A stretch of DNA of 64,000 nucleotides from a bacterium (GTDB taxonomy: Bacteria; Oederibacteriota; JAAXVQ01; JAUVAV01). Location: contig JAIORK010000036.1 in the NCBI GenBank assembly GCA_021108215.1, forward strand, positions 22,948 through 86,947, in the 5' to 3' direction. The stretch's first letter is position 1, and each line of letters begins with the position of its first letter. A program made the position numbers and the translations under genes. The notes under the pieces are model-generated. The model had not been told where the DNA came from. It worked only from the letters and a program-made list of their open reading frames with translations, and made no database searches. Positions 18,353-25,919 of the stretch are shown here, piece after piece.

Positions 18353-20686
18353 TTATTTAATCGGATGTTTAGAAAGAATTTGTCGTGCTAATTCTTCTCC
18401 GTCATTTGGGCCTGGAAATCCACCTCTTTCCCGTAATCGTTCTTCAAGTTGTTTTTGTCTAAGTAAAATATGTTTTTGTACATTTTTCCATTGTTCTTCT
18501 GTGAAAACCTTCGGTTTTGTTTTAATTTCTTCGTCAACCTTGTTTGCCATATGTGTATTGTTTTTTGCACGCATTACTAATTGAATAGCATAAAAATGTG
18601 CATATATATCACCAATTGCGTAATCATCAGGATTTTTAGAAATTTCGCAATATGATTCCAGGATTGAGCGTATATTTGAAATACATAAGAGTAATACATC
18701 TTGCCACCACTCTCGGGTATAAAATAAAAGGCCTATGTACACCATAGAATCACATGCAATATCAGTCCATTCTTTAAATATGCTCTTCTTTCTATCAAAA
18801 GCAACCCAGTAAAATGACAAAATCCACGTGAATTTATCAACTAATTCTTTCACATCATTTTGGTTAGATCGTAGTGGATTATCTAATATCTGACACACAA
18901 CTTTAGCAATATGCTTAATTAGCTCATTAATCTCCCAAATAAGAAAACTATCTCCAAACTCATTTTTTTCTGCAACATTGCGCAAGTGCCGTGCAATGAT
19001 GTCTGTCATGTCTATTAATTCGTAATATGGATTTGTCGCATCTCGTTCAGGATCTACTTTCGGAAATATAGTTGCAGCCATAGCGAATAAATTCCCGAGT
19101 GAAGTTTGTTCGACAAGACTATATGCCTTTGTAAACGGATGATTCATTGATAGTCTTCCTTGAAGAGTTTCACTAATTATTGCAAAGGGCGCTAAATTTC
19201 CAAGTTTTTGAAAAACTTGGCCAAGTACTTCTTTGAAGTAATAATCTTTATTCCGAAGCATATGGTCAAGGATGATAAAATACTGTTTAATAACTTCTTC
19301 TGCTAATACAGGATTGCGGTTAATATAGAAGTACTGAGCAATTTCTGATATTCCATTTATAACTGGCAAGTGAATGTCTGAGTCATCAACATCCTTCGGA
19401 GTACATTTAATAATTCCAGAAAGCATGCCGCTCGTCTGAAACGGCACCTCATCAAGCCCTTTTGTTTGGGCAATCCTCACGCATGACAACATGTAGTTAA
19501 TTGGTTTCATAGACAATGGTGCAGTGTTCGGCCGGTATTTTCTTGCTCCTAAATTTGCTGTGTGGATAGTAATTTTCTTGTATGCTTCAGAAACACTTAA
19601 AGCTGCGGATTCATCATTTTGTGATATAGCAATACGGCTAATTTCATTTAACATTTCATAGGAACAGCCTGTAACTGCTTCTACATCAGATTGGGAAGTT
19701 AACAGCAATGTATCTGGGCAGGGCAAAATTAGTAAATTTAGCTTTCTTGCAGATAAATAATACATAGTCAAATGAGCAATCGCATACACAGCCGATTTCG
19801 TTAATAGTTTCTCATTTCGAGAAATAGCTTTTACTGCGATCTCAGATAAATCATTAATCCAACTATTGATAGTTTGGGGATAGCCGAACACTTGAGGATA
19901 ATAAATCGTTTCTATATCCTCAATTACCACTCCCTGCTTTTTTTCTTCCGGGAGTAATTTATAATGAAGTCTTGCTGATCGATTAACTGTCTTTTTTATA
20001 CGATCAATTGTTCTCATTGCTTGCTTGAGAGCAAGATTTGTTGAATAAGTTGGATCTAACAGCTTGCATATATGACGATGATACAAGCGTAGCAGATCAA
20101 GACTAAATCCCAGAGTTAATATAGCAACAGCTAATTTCAAGTTTTCTGAAACTCCAGCGAATCCACCCGCAGAAAAAGCAAAGCACGCTATACACAATAT
20201 CGCAAGAGCTACAAACGATGCATTTGTAATTAAGTCTCTCCGATAAAGACGGACAATTGAAGATGACCAAGCTTCTGCTGCACGTTGTATTGGTATAATT
20301 GATAGGGTTAATACAAGTGCCAGAATTGTTCCGTACGTGGCACCAAGTTGAATGAGCATTTTATCTATTGATTGCGTTGTGTTTAATGCTGTTCGCAAAG
20401 GCGGATAACCCAGAATAAATGATGCTATTATAAGGCCAATAATACCTATCATAATCTTGCTTGTTTTCAAAAGCAACCCACGACTAAACGAAGTAATATA
20501 AAACCATAAACGAACAACTTTTATTGTCAAATACGTTTTTATTCGCGTTATTATAGTTTTCAATCCATCACGTAGCGACATAATCATTCGTTTGAAATAT
20601 TTCACTAGTTTTGGCCACCATAGTATTACGTTTGTTGACCATAAATTGCGAATTTTAAAGTATGATTTGTTTTTATTTTGGTTCAT
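18353..20686 (-). CDS. hypothetical membrane protein (4-5 N-terminal TM helices plus ~550-aa helical cytoplasmic region)
   Basis: 777-aa uninterrupted ORF in AT-rich DNA with an AGAGGA RBS. TM segments at aa ~78-215. The segment LTLSIIPIQRAAEAWSSSIVRLYRRD is reminiscent of DUF2254-type membrane proteins (from memory, unverified). Confidence 0.7.
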   Translation of the reverse strand: MNQNKNKSYFKIRNLWSTNVILWWPKLVKYFKRMIMSLRDGLKTIITRIKTYLTIKVVRLWFYITSFSRGLLLKTSKIMIGIIGLIIASFILGYPPLRTALNTTQSIDKMLIQLGATYGTILALVLTLSIIPIQRAAEAWSSSIVRLYRRDLITNASFVALAILCIACFAFSAGGFAGVSENLKLAVAILTLGFSLDLLRLYHRHICKLLDPTYSTNLALKQAMRTIDRIKKTVNRSARLHYKLLPEEKKQGVVIEDIETIYYPQVFGYPQTINSWINDLSEIAVKAISRNEKLLTKSAVYAIAHLTMYYLSARKLNLLILPCPDTLLLTSQSDVEAVTGCSYEMLNEISRIAISQNDESAALSVSEAYKKITIHTANLGARKYRPNTAPLSMKPINYMLSCVRIAQTKGLDEVPFQTSGMLSGIIKCTPKDVDDSDIHLPVINGISEIAQYFYINRNPVLAEEVIKQYFIILDHMLRNKDYYFKEVLGQVFQKLGNLAPFAIISETLQGRLSMNHPFTKAYSLVEQTSLGNLFAMAATIFPKVDPERDATNPYYELIDMTDIIARHLRNVAEKNEFGDSFLIWEINELIKHIAKVVCQILDNPLRSNQNDVKELVDKFTWILSFYWVAFDRKKSIFKEWTDIACDSMVYIGLLFYTREWWQDVLLLCISNIRSILESYCEISKNPDDYAIGDIYAHFYAIQLVMRAKNNTHMANKVDEEIKTKPKVFTEEQWKNVQKHILLRQKQLEERLRERGGFPGPNDGEELARQILSKHPIK

Positions 20687-20788
20687 ATAATCCTCTGAAT
20701 CTATTTTCCTGTCAGCGAAATATAGGGCATTATCGTCAACTTTTAGCGGAATAGCAATTCAAAATATATTACACCGTAAATAGCACCG

Positions 20789-21157
20789 TTATTTTATACA
20801 TGACTGTTTCTTTATGGCTTTTACTACCAAATCACTGATTTCTTGCATTATCTCTGGATCGTATTGGATAAAATCAAGTCTACCGCTGCTTTTATCTTGG
20901 TTTTCTTTTACTACTTCTCGATCCATACGTTCAGTTATGATTTGGAAGACCTTTATATCACCCCGTGCCGCTTGTTTGATCATGGCGCCTGCAACCTTTT
21001 CCTGGCTGATACTGCCAGTCTCAAACTGTTCCTTGATAACAACATTCCAGTGACTGACTCCACACTTGGCACCGCAGGGATTTCCGCTTTGTCCCTTTCT
21101 TCTAATTAATTCTTTATAAACAAAAAAGAGCCTCCCTTTCGGGAGGCTCTTAAAGAT
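20789..21157 (-). pseudogene. phage-type DUF5681-like gene, apparently lacking a start codon
   Basis: The open frame encodes ...RRKGQSGNPCGAKCG... (K-G-Q-S-G-N-P-x-G signature) but has no ATG/GTG/TTG before Met at 20983. Its 5' part runs through the XRE-gene terminator. Confidence 0.4.
21127..21150 (-). terminator. rho-independent terminator of the XRE gene
   Basis: AGAGCCTCCC-GAAA-GGGAGGCTCT followed by TTTTTTG on the minus strand. Confidence 0.75.
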
Positions 21158-21359
21158 TCATTAGGTCCTTTAATTTAATCCCCAGCCCATGAGCTATCTT
21201 AGCTAGAGTGGTGAATTGCGGGTCCACAAGACCTTTTTCGATCTTACTTAGGTTGCCTTTGGACATGCCGTTTTCATAAGCTAGGTGTTCCAGGGTAATC
21301 CCCTTCTCCTTCCTTAGCTTATGTATCCTCATGCCCAGTTTTTCGGTTAATTGGCTCAT
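21150..21359 (-). CDS. XRE-family HTH transcriptional regulator
   Basis: 69-aa Cro/CI-type HTH (LRKEKGITLEHLAYENGMSKGNLSKIEKG). Confidence 0.85.
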   Translation of the reverse strand: MSQLTEKLGMRIHKLRKEKGITLEHLAYENGMSKGNLSKIEKGLVDPQFTTLAKIAHGLGIKLKDLMNL

Positions 21360-21395
21360 AATGGAGTTGATTTTACAATATTTTAGGTTTATAGT

Positions 21396-21413
21396 AGTTT
21401 CTTATAAGAAACT
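21396..21413. promoter_or_regulatory. 18-bp perfect palindrome, probable XRE operator
   Basis: AGTTTCTTATAAGAAACT in the divergent intergenic region between the XRE gene and the small plus-strand ORF. Confidence 0.5.
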
Positions 21414-21427
21414 TTTGGAGGTTAAAT

Positions 21428-21616
21428 ATGCAAATCTTAAAATCTACAATTCCTTATGTCATTGAATTTTCACCGGATGACATCAATTATTTACATTTGG
21501 CCTGTCATTATTATAAAGATTTACTGAAAAATAATAAGGACATGAAAAAAATCAAACGACGGGATAGACTTAAGCATCTAAACCAAATGATAACGCTCAT
21601 TGATTTGATGATGTGA
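21428..21616 (+). CDS. small hypothetical protein divergent from the XRE regulator
   Basis: 62-aa ORF with GGAGG 6 nt upstream of the ATG. No known motif. Confidence 0.45.
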   Translation: MQILKSTIPYVIEFSPDDINYLHLACHYYKDLLKNNKDMKKIKRRDRLKHLNQMITLIDLMM

Positions 21617-21647
21617 GGATTATCAAAAAAATATTTTTATATTTGTT

Positions 21648-22214
21648 CTATTTACTCTGCATTGCTAATAGCTCCGCCTTTTTTCCCTCCATCGGGGCTG
21701 AAATATGTATTCGTGATTTTTCTTTTTTACGCTTCTGGCCTCCCTGGTTTAATTTCGAGAGGTTTTCAGATATAAATCTATCAATATTCTCTTTAGCTTC
21801 CACATGAAAGCGAGCCACTCCGTTTTTAATATCCACATCTTTACCAGCCATGTGTATCAATTGATCAAGATACATTTTTACTTTAAATGCATGATATTTA
21901 ATCAAATCAACAATTTTTACCGAAGGCTGGCGAAAACCAATTTCCAAGTGAAGCCCAAGGACGCTTGCATAATTCAATAGATCACCAACAGCGATATCTT
22001 TGTCATAAGAGGATTCGATTTTGGATATTTTCCCCTGGGAACAACCAACTTTTTTCGCCAGTTTGGTCTGCGTGAGTTGGTGTTTGCAACGCAACATGAG
22101 CAGGAATTTGGAAATCATCCGGTTTTCGATTTCATACGCTACGCTTTTCTTGAATTCCTCATCCGTTGAAAGCCCTTCCATCATTTTCATAACATTTTCA
22201 TATTTTTTCGCCAT
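21648..22214 (-). CDS. HTH (XRE-type) antitoxin, HigA-like, with C-terminal extension
   Basis: HTH motif LTQTKLAKKVGCSQGKISKIESS. It shares one nucleotide with the upstream toxin gene (both ORF boundaries fall at 22214). Confidence 0.7.
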   Translation of the reverse strand: MAKKYENVMKMMEGLSTDEEFKKSVAYEIENRMISKFLLMLRCKHQLTQTKLAKKVGCSQGKISKIESSYDKDIAVGDLLNYASVLGLHLEIGFRQPSVKIVDLIKYHAFKVKMYLDQLIHMAGKDVDIKNGVARFHVEAKENIDRFISENLSKLNQGGQKRKKEKSRIHISAPMEGKKAELLAMQSK

Positions 22215-22585
22215 TATTGTCCCCCCTGTTTCATACCCTTTACCTTTTTCTTGTATTCCTCAATATCCCTACTCTGGGACCTCTTATCCCCTATTCCTAA
22301 AAGCACAACCCTCTTTTCCTTTACGTCGGAATAGATATAAAGCCGTGTTTCCTGGAGCTTCTTTCTTATTCCTCCACATCTTTGGTCAATCGCTTTGATG
22401 CCCATGGGTTCCGGATAGACAAACCCCACCTGGACCAACGAAGGCGACCCACACTCACACAAAGTCCTAAAATACGTGTCCAGGTTGTTCAAAACGCACT
22501 TTAATTCATCTTTGTGCTTTTTTTGATAGTGCTTGTGGTCCCTCTCGAAGGATTGCGTCGGTTGGAGATGCCATGGTTCCATCAT
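22214..22585 (-). CDS. RelE/ParE-superfamily toxin (HigB-like, toxin-first order)
   Basis: 123 aa. C-terminal RLYIYSDVKEKRVVLLGIGDKRSQSRDI is typical of RelE/HigB-type toxins. Confidence 0.6.
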   Translation of the reverse strand: MMEPWHLQPTQSFERDHKHYQKKHKDELKCVLNNLDTYFRTLCECGSPSLVQVGFVYPEPMGIKAIDQRCGGIRKKLQETRLYIYSDVKEKRVVLLGIGDKRSQSRDIEEYKKKVKGMKQGGQ

Positions 22586-22614
22586 CGGCTCAATCCGTAG
22601 GTATTGGTATAATT

Positions 22615-22656
22615 ATTCCATATTGGAATATTATCTCTTTTGGTTATATTTGTCAA
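22615..22656 (-). promoter_or_regulatory. promoter plus operator palindrome of the HigBA-like operon
   Basis: Minus strand TTGACA-N17-TAATAT. The -10 overlaps the palindrome ATTCCA-TAT-TGGAAT (22615-22629). Confidence 0.55.
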
Positions 22657-23034
22657 CGCTTCCATAAAACGTTTCCCTCGAATAAGTATCTTGCGTACCC
22701 TTTATTCGTTAGACAATTTTTTCGAGAGTTTCATGCATTTATTACTATTTTTTTTATTCTTTTTACGGATTGATATTGAGGTTGTATTAAGGACTCCTAC
22801 AAGGAATATCATGGTTTTTGGATAAGATGGCTGAAATGAGATAAGGGAAATTGGCTGCTGTGCTCACAGAGTTCTCTTCGCATGAGATTCCCCGTTTGGT
22901 ATCTAAGAAAAACAGAAAAAACCAATCTTCACTACTCGGGAATCGGTTACTACGGTCGCAACATCATGTTGCTCCCTGCGTAACCCCGCCTCGACAGCTA
23001 GCCAAAGACATCTCGTTTTTCATCCCAAAAAACT

Positions 23035-23403
23035 CTATTTTCCTGCTTCCTTTTTATCCAAACCCCTCACCAGTCCGTTGATCATTTTGCAAATTTCATT
23101 AAGATTTTCGTTCAAGTCTAGACAGTTATCTGAATTTATTAATTGTTTGCGTTTACATACTTCAATAATCGGTATACATTCCTGAGCAGATCCTCTAGCA
23201 ATCCAAAAGAACTGTTTGCGTTCTTTTGGATGCCATCTACCGTTTCCTTCTGCCAAATTAGCCGATATGGATAGCGCTGCCCGATTGAGCTGATCAATAA
23301 GGTAATAGTTGCCTTTCGGAAATGTGTCGGTAAGTTTAGATGTCTTTTCTGCAACATCGACCGCTTTTTGGTAAACTTCCAATTTCTCAAACATGAAAGA
23401 CAT
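23035..23403 (-). CDS. four-helix-bundle protein (23S rRNA intervening-sequence protein family)
   Basis: FEKLEVYQKAVD...LIDQLNRAALSISANLAEGNGR...FFWIARGSAQEC signature. Confidence 0.85.
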   Translation of the reverse strand: MSFMFEKLEVYQKAVDVAEKTSKLTDTFPKGNYYLIDQLNRAALSISANLAEGNGRWHPKERKQFFWIARGSAQECIPIIEVCKRKQLINSDNCLDLNENLNEICKMINGLVRGLDKKEAGK

Positions 23404-23556
23404 AGTTCAAACCTCCTATTTGGGTCCTTTATGGTATTAGACTGAAAATAGGAAGATTTCATGCTGGGAAAATGAAAAAAATACAAAAAAAATTGTGAAC
23501 AGCAGATCAGCTGAGCAGCAGACCGCCCTGAATCACATGTGATTCAGGACTCCACC

Positions 23557-23603
23557 AGAAATAGAAAACCCTGCACCTTATTGGTGCAGGATTTTCTATT
23601 TCT
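23557..23603 (-). terminator. long hairpin terminator immediately 3' of tRNA-Glu
   Basis: AGAAATAGAAAA(C)CCTGCACC-TTATT-GGTGCAGG(A)TTTTCTATTTCT, a 20-bp interrupted stem. Confidence 0.65.
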
Positions 23604-23677
23604 GGTAGCGCTACGGGGAATCGAACCCCGGCTTGATGACTGAGAATCATCCGTCCTAGCCGCTAGACGATAGCGCC
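23603..23677 (-). tRNA. tRNA-Glu (anticodon CUC), CCA encoded
   Basis: GGCGCTA TC GTCT AGCGGCTA GGAC G GATGA TTCTCAG TCATC AAGC CGGGG TTCGATT CCCCG TAGCGCT A CCA. Cloverleaf with the 4-nt variable loop typical of tRNA-Glu. Confidence 0.9.
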
Positions 23678-23860
23678 ATGAGCGAAGCGAATAGCTCTGC
23701 TGTTCTGCTGCTCTGATTTCAATAAATATGTACAAGCCAATTCCAACAACTTAAAAATATGATCAGCGGACCAGCCGATAGCAGACCGCTGGTTCGCTTT
23801 TTCCTGCTGTTCTGCTGCTCTGATGCTCACCTGCTCTGCAATTTCGCTTTTTCGAAATTG

Positions 23861-23916
23861 CGAACCCCGGCTTGATGACTGAGAATCATCCGTCCTAGCC
23901 GCTAGACGATAGCGCC
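23861..23916 (-). pseudogene. 3'-truncated tRNA-Glu copy (nt 1-56)
   Basis: Identical to the intact gene up to GGTTCG of the T-loop. The 3' T-stem, acceptor strand and CCA are replaced by the CAATTTCG hairpin. Confidence 0.85.
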
Positions 23917-24099
23917 ATGAGCGAAGCGAATAGCTCTGCTGTTCTGCTGCTCTGATTTCAATAAATATGTACAAGCCAATTCCAACAACTTAAAAATATG
24001 ATCAGCGGACCAGCCGATAGCAGACCGCTGGTTCGCTTTTTCCTGCTGTTCTGCTGCTCTGATGCTCACCTGCTCTGCAATTTCGCTTTTTCGAAATTG

Positions 24100-24133
24100 C
24101 GAACCCCGGCTTGATGACTGAGAATCATCCGTC
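24100..24133 (-). pseudogene. internal tRNA-Glu fragment (anticodon arm to T-loop)
   Basis: GACGGATGATTCTCAGTCATCAAGCCGGGGTTCG only. The upstream side is replaced by the hairpin GTCTTGC-TGC-GCAAGAC. Confidence 0.8.
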
Positions 24134-24156
24134 GTCTTGCGCAGCAAGACAGCTCT

Positions 24157-24252
24157 GCTGTTCTGCTGTTCTGCTGTTCTGCTGTTCTGCTGTTCTGCTG
24201 TTCTGCTGTTCCGCTGTTCTGATGCTCTGCTGTTCTGATGTTCTGCTGCTCT
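24157..24252. repeat. octanucleotide microsatellite (GCTGTTCT)x12
   Basis: Twelve head-to-tail 8-mers: eight exact copies and four variants with 1-2 mismatches (GCTGTTCC, GATGCTCT, GATGTTCT, GCTGCTCT). Confidence 0.9.
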
Positions 24253-24277
24253 GCCACTCTTTCTCACTACGAAAGAG

Positions 24278-24353
24278 TGGCTGCCGATCCTGGGCTCGAA
24301 CCAGGGACCCCCTGCTCCAGAGGCAGGTGCTCTACCAATTGAGCTAATCGGCA
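24278..24353 (-). tRNA. tRNA-Gln (anticodon CUG), CCA encoded
   Basis: TGCCGAT TA GCTC AATTGGTA GAGC A CCTGC CTCTGGA GCAGG GGGTC CCTGG TTCGAGC CCAGG ATCGGCA G CCA. U1-A72 and G73 are typical of bacterial tRNA-Gln. Confidence 0.9.
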
Positions 24354-24449
24354 ACAATTCTTCACCGCGGAGACGCTGAGCACACAGAGTAAACCAAAAA
24401 TAAATCTAAACGACTTCAAATCTCTCTGCGTTCTCTGCAATAAAAAAAT

Positions 24450-25919
24450 TTAAATATCGATCCCCGCCGTTTTCAAACCTATTTCCAAACGGCTGATCGT
24501 TTTTTCCTTACCCAAAATTTCCATCACTTCAAAAATACCGGGTGATTGCATACGTCCCGTCAGGCTAACCCGCAAAGGATGCGCTAAAATCCCGAATTTC
24601 ACCTGCTTTTCTTCAATAAAACCCTTGAGGGATTCTTCCAATCCTGAAACGGAAAAGGATTCTACCATTTTCAATTTTTCGTGTAAAGCCTTAAATAAAA
24701 CCTGATTTTCCTTCATACTCGCTAATTTTTCCCGCGCTTTTTCATCTATTTTTTCCAAATCCGGCTCCTGAAAAAAATAATCCACCTGACCGGGCAGCTC
24801 CGTAAGCAGTTTAAATTTTTCCCGCACCAATTTGACGCAGGCTGTGGCATAGGTTGTATCGTCTTTATCAGATAAAACCCCGGTATTTCGTAAAACACTC
24901 AGCGCACGTTTAATGTAAACAGCTTCATCAATACTGCGCATATACTGCCCGTTCATCCAGGTCAATTTATCCGGATCAAAGACCGCAGGATTTTTACTGA
25001 CTTTTTTCAAAGAAAATTTTTCTTCCAGTGCTTGTTTGGAAAATAGTGTGGTTTTGTCATCAAATGCCCAGCCCAAGAGCGCTAAATAATTAATCATGGT
25101 TTCCGGCAGGTAACCCTCTTTGGCATACGCACCAATTGAAGTGGCGCCGTGCCGTTTGGACAACCGCGTCTTATCCGGACCCAGAATCATGGGAACATGC
25201 GCAAATTTCGGAAGCGGTTCATTGAGCGCCTTGTACACCGCAATCTGACGGGGTGTATTGGAAAGATGATCGTCACCGCGGATCACATGCGTAATTTTCA
25301 TGGTCACATCATCCACTACAACAGCAAAATTATAGGTCGGCAGACCATTGGTCCTAAACAGGACAAAATCATCCAGTACTTTATTTTCAAAAACAACTTT
25401 TTCCCGAACAGCATCCCCGATAATCGTCTCGCCCTCGGTCGGCATTTTCATGCGAATGGTATGCGGTTCTCCGGCAGCAACACGGGCTTTGGCCTCTGTT
25501 GACGGGATGTGACGACAAGCTCCGTTGTATTTGGGATCTTCATTTTTTTCCAATGCTTGCTTGCGCATACTGTCCAGGCTTTCTGCTGAACAAAAACAAT
25601 AATAGGCATCTCCCGAGTCAAGCAGCTGATTCACTTTCTCCCGATAGATATCCAACCGCTCTGTCTGACGGTAGGGTCCAAAATCACCGCCCACACCCGG
25701 CCCTTCATCCCAATTGAGGCCGAGCCATTTCATATCTTCAAGGATCATCTGCACAGATTCCTCGGTGCTGCGCTCAACATCGGTATCTTCCAGGCGAAGC
25801 ACAAAGGTCCCCCCCTGACGGCGTGCATAGAGATAATTAAAGAGTGCGGTGCGTGCGCCGCCAATATGCAGATGACCGGTCGGCGAGGGTGCAAAGCGGA
25901 CGCGAATGGTTCCAGACAT
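24450..25919 (-). CDS. gltX: glutamate--tRNA ligase
   Basis: HIGH motif PSPTGHLHIGGART and KMSKS-type LSKRHG. Start set at the second ATG (25919), which is preceded by GGAGG; the first ATG lies in a 9-bp hairpin. Confidence 0.93.
   Translation of the reverse strand: MSGTIRVRFAPSPTGHLHIGGARTALFNYLYARRQGGTFVLRLEDTDVERSTEESVQMILEDMKWLGLNWDEGPGVGGDFGPYRQTERLDIYREKVNQLLDSGDAYYCFCSAESLDSMRKQALEKNEDPKYNGACRHIPSTEAKARVAAGEPHTIRMKMPTEGETIIGDAVREKVVFENKVLDDFVLFRTNGLPTYNFAVVVDDVTMKITHVIRGDDHLSNTPRQIAVYKALNEPLPKFAHVPMILGPDKTRLSKRHGATSIGAYAKEGYLPETMINYLALLGWAFDDKTTLFSKQALEEKFSLKKVSKNPAVFDPDKLTWMNGQYMRSIDEAVYIKRALSVLRNTGVLSDKDDTTYATACVKLVREKFKLLTELPGQVDYFFQEPDLEKIDEKAREKLASMKENQVLFKALHEKLKMVESFSVSGLEESLKGFIEEKQVKFGILAHPLRVSLTGRMQSPGIFEVMEILGKEKTISRLEIGLKTAGIDI

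Larger units (their letters stand above)
23622..24133 (-). repeat. perfect 239-bp tandem repeat (2 full units plus 34 nt)
   Basis: 23622-23860 and 23861-24099 read identically, and 24100-24133 repeats the first 34 nt. Each unit holds tRNA-Glu nt 1-56, its upstream region and an 8-bp hairpin CAATTTCG-AAAAAG-CGAAATTG. Confidence 0.9.

Noticed and set aside
17488-23614. Calling the tRNA-Glu-adjacent island an intact integrative mobile element or prophage.
   Set aside because: No integrase, recombinase, transposase or structural phage genes are present. Only a start-less DUF5681-like remnant was seen. It is therefore reported as a decayed island in the findings rather than as a mobile_element feature.
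23622-24252. A possible CRISPR array, suggested by the regularly repeated sequence.
   Set aside because: The repeats are a 239-bp perfect tandem duplication plus an 8-nt microsatellite. There is no 25-40-nt repeat/unique-spacer organisation, and no cas genes occur anywhere in the window.
23544-24357. Three overlapping minus-strand ORFs (63, 103 and 151 aa) with repeated MYIFIEIRAAEQQ... and AEQQNSRTAEQQNSR sequences.
   Set aside because: They are translations of the tRNA genes, the perfect 239-bp tandem repeat and the octamer microsatellite. The low-complexity periodic peptide comes from repeat DNA, and there is no RBS.
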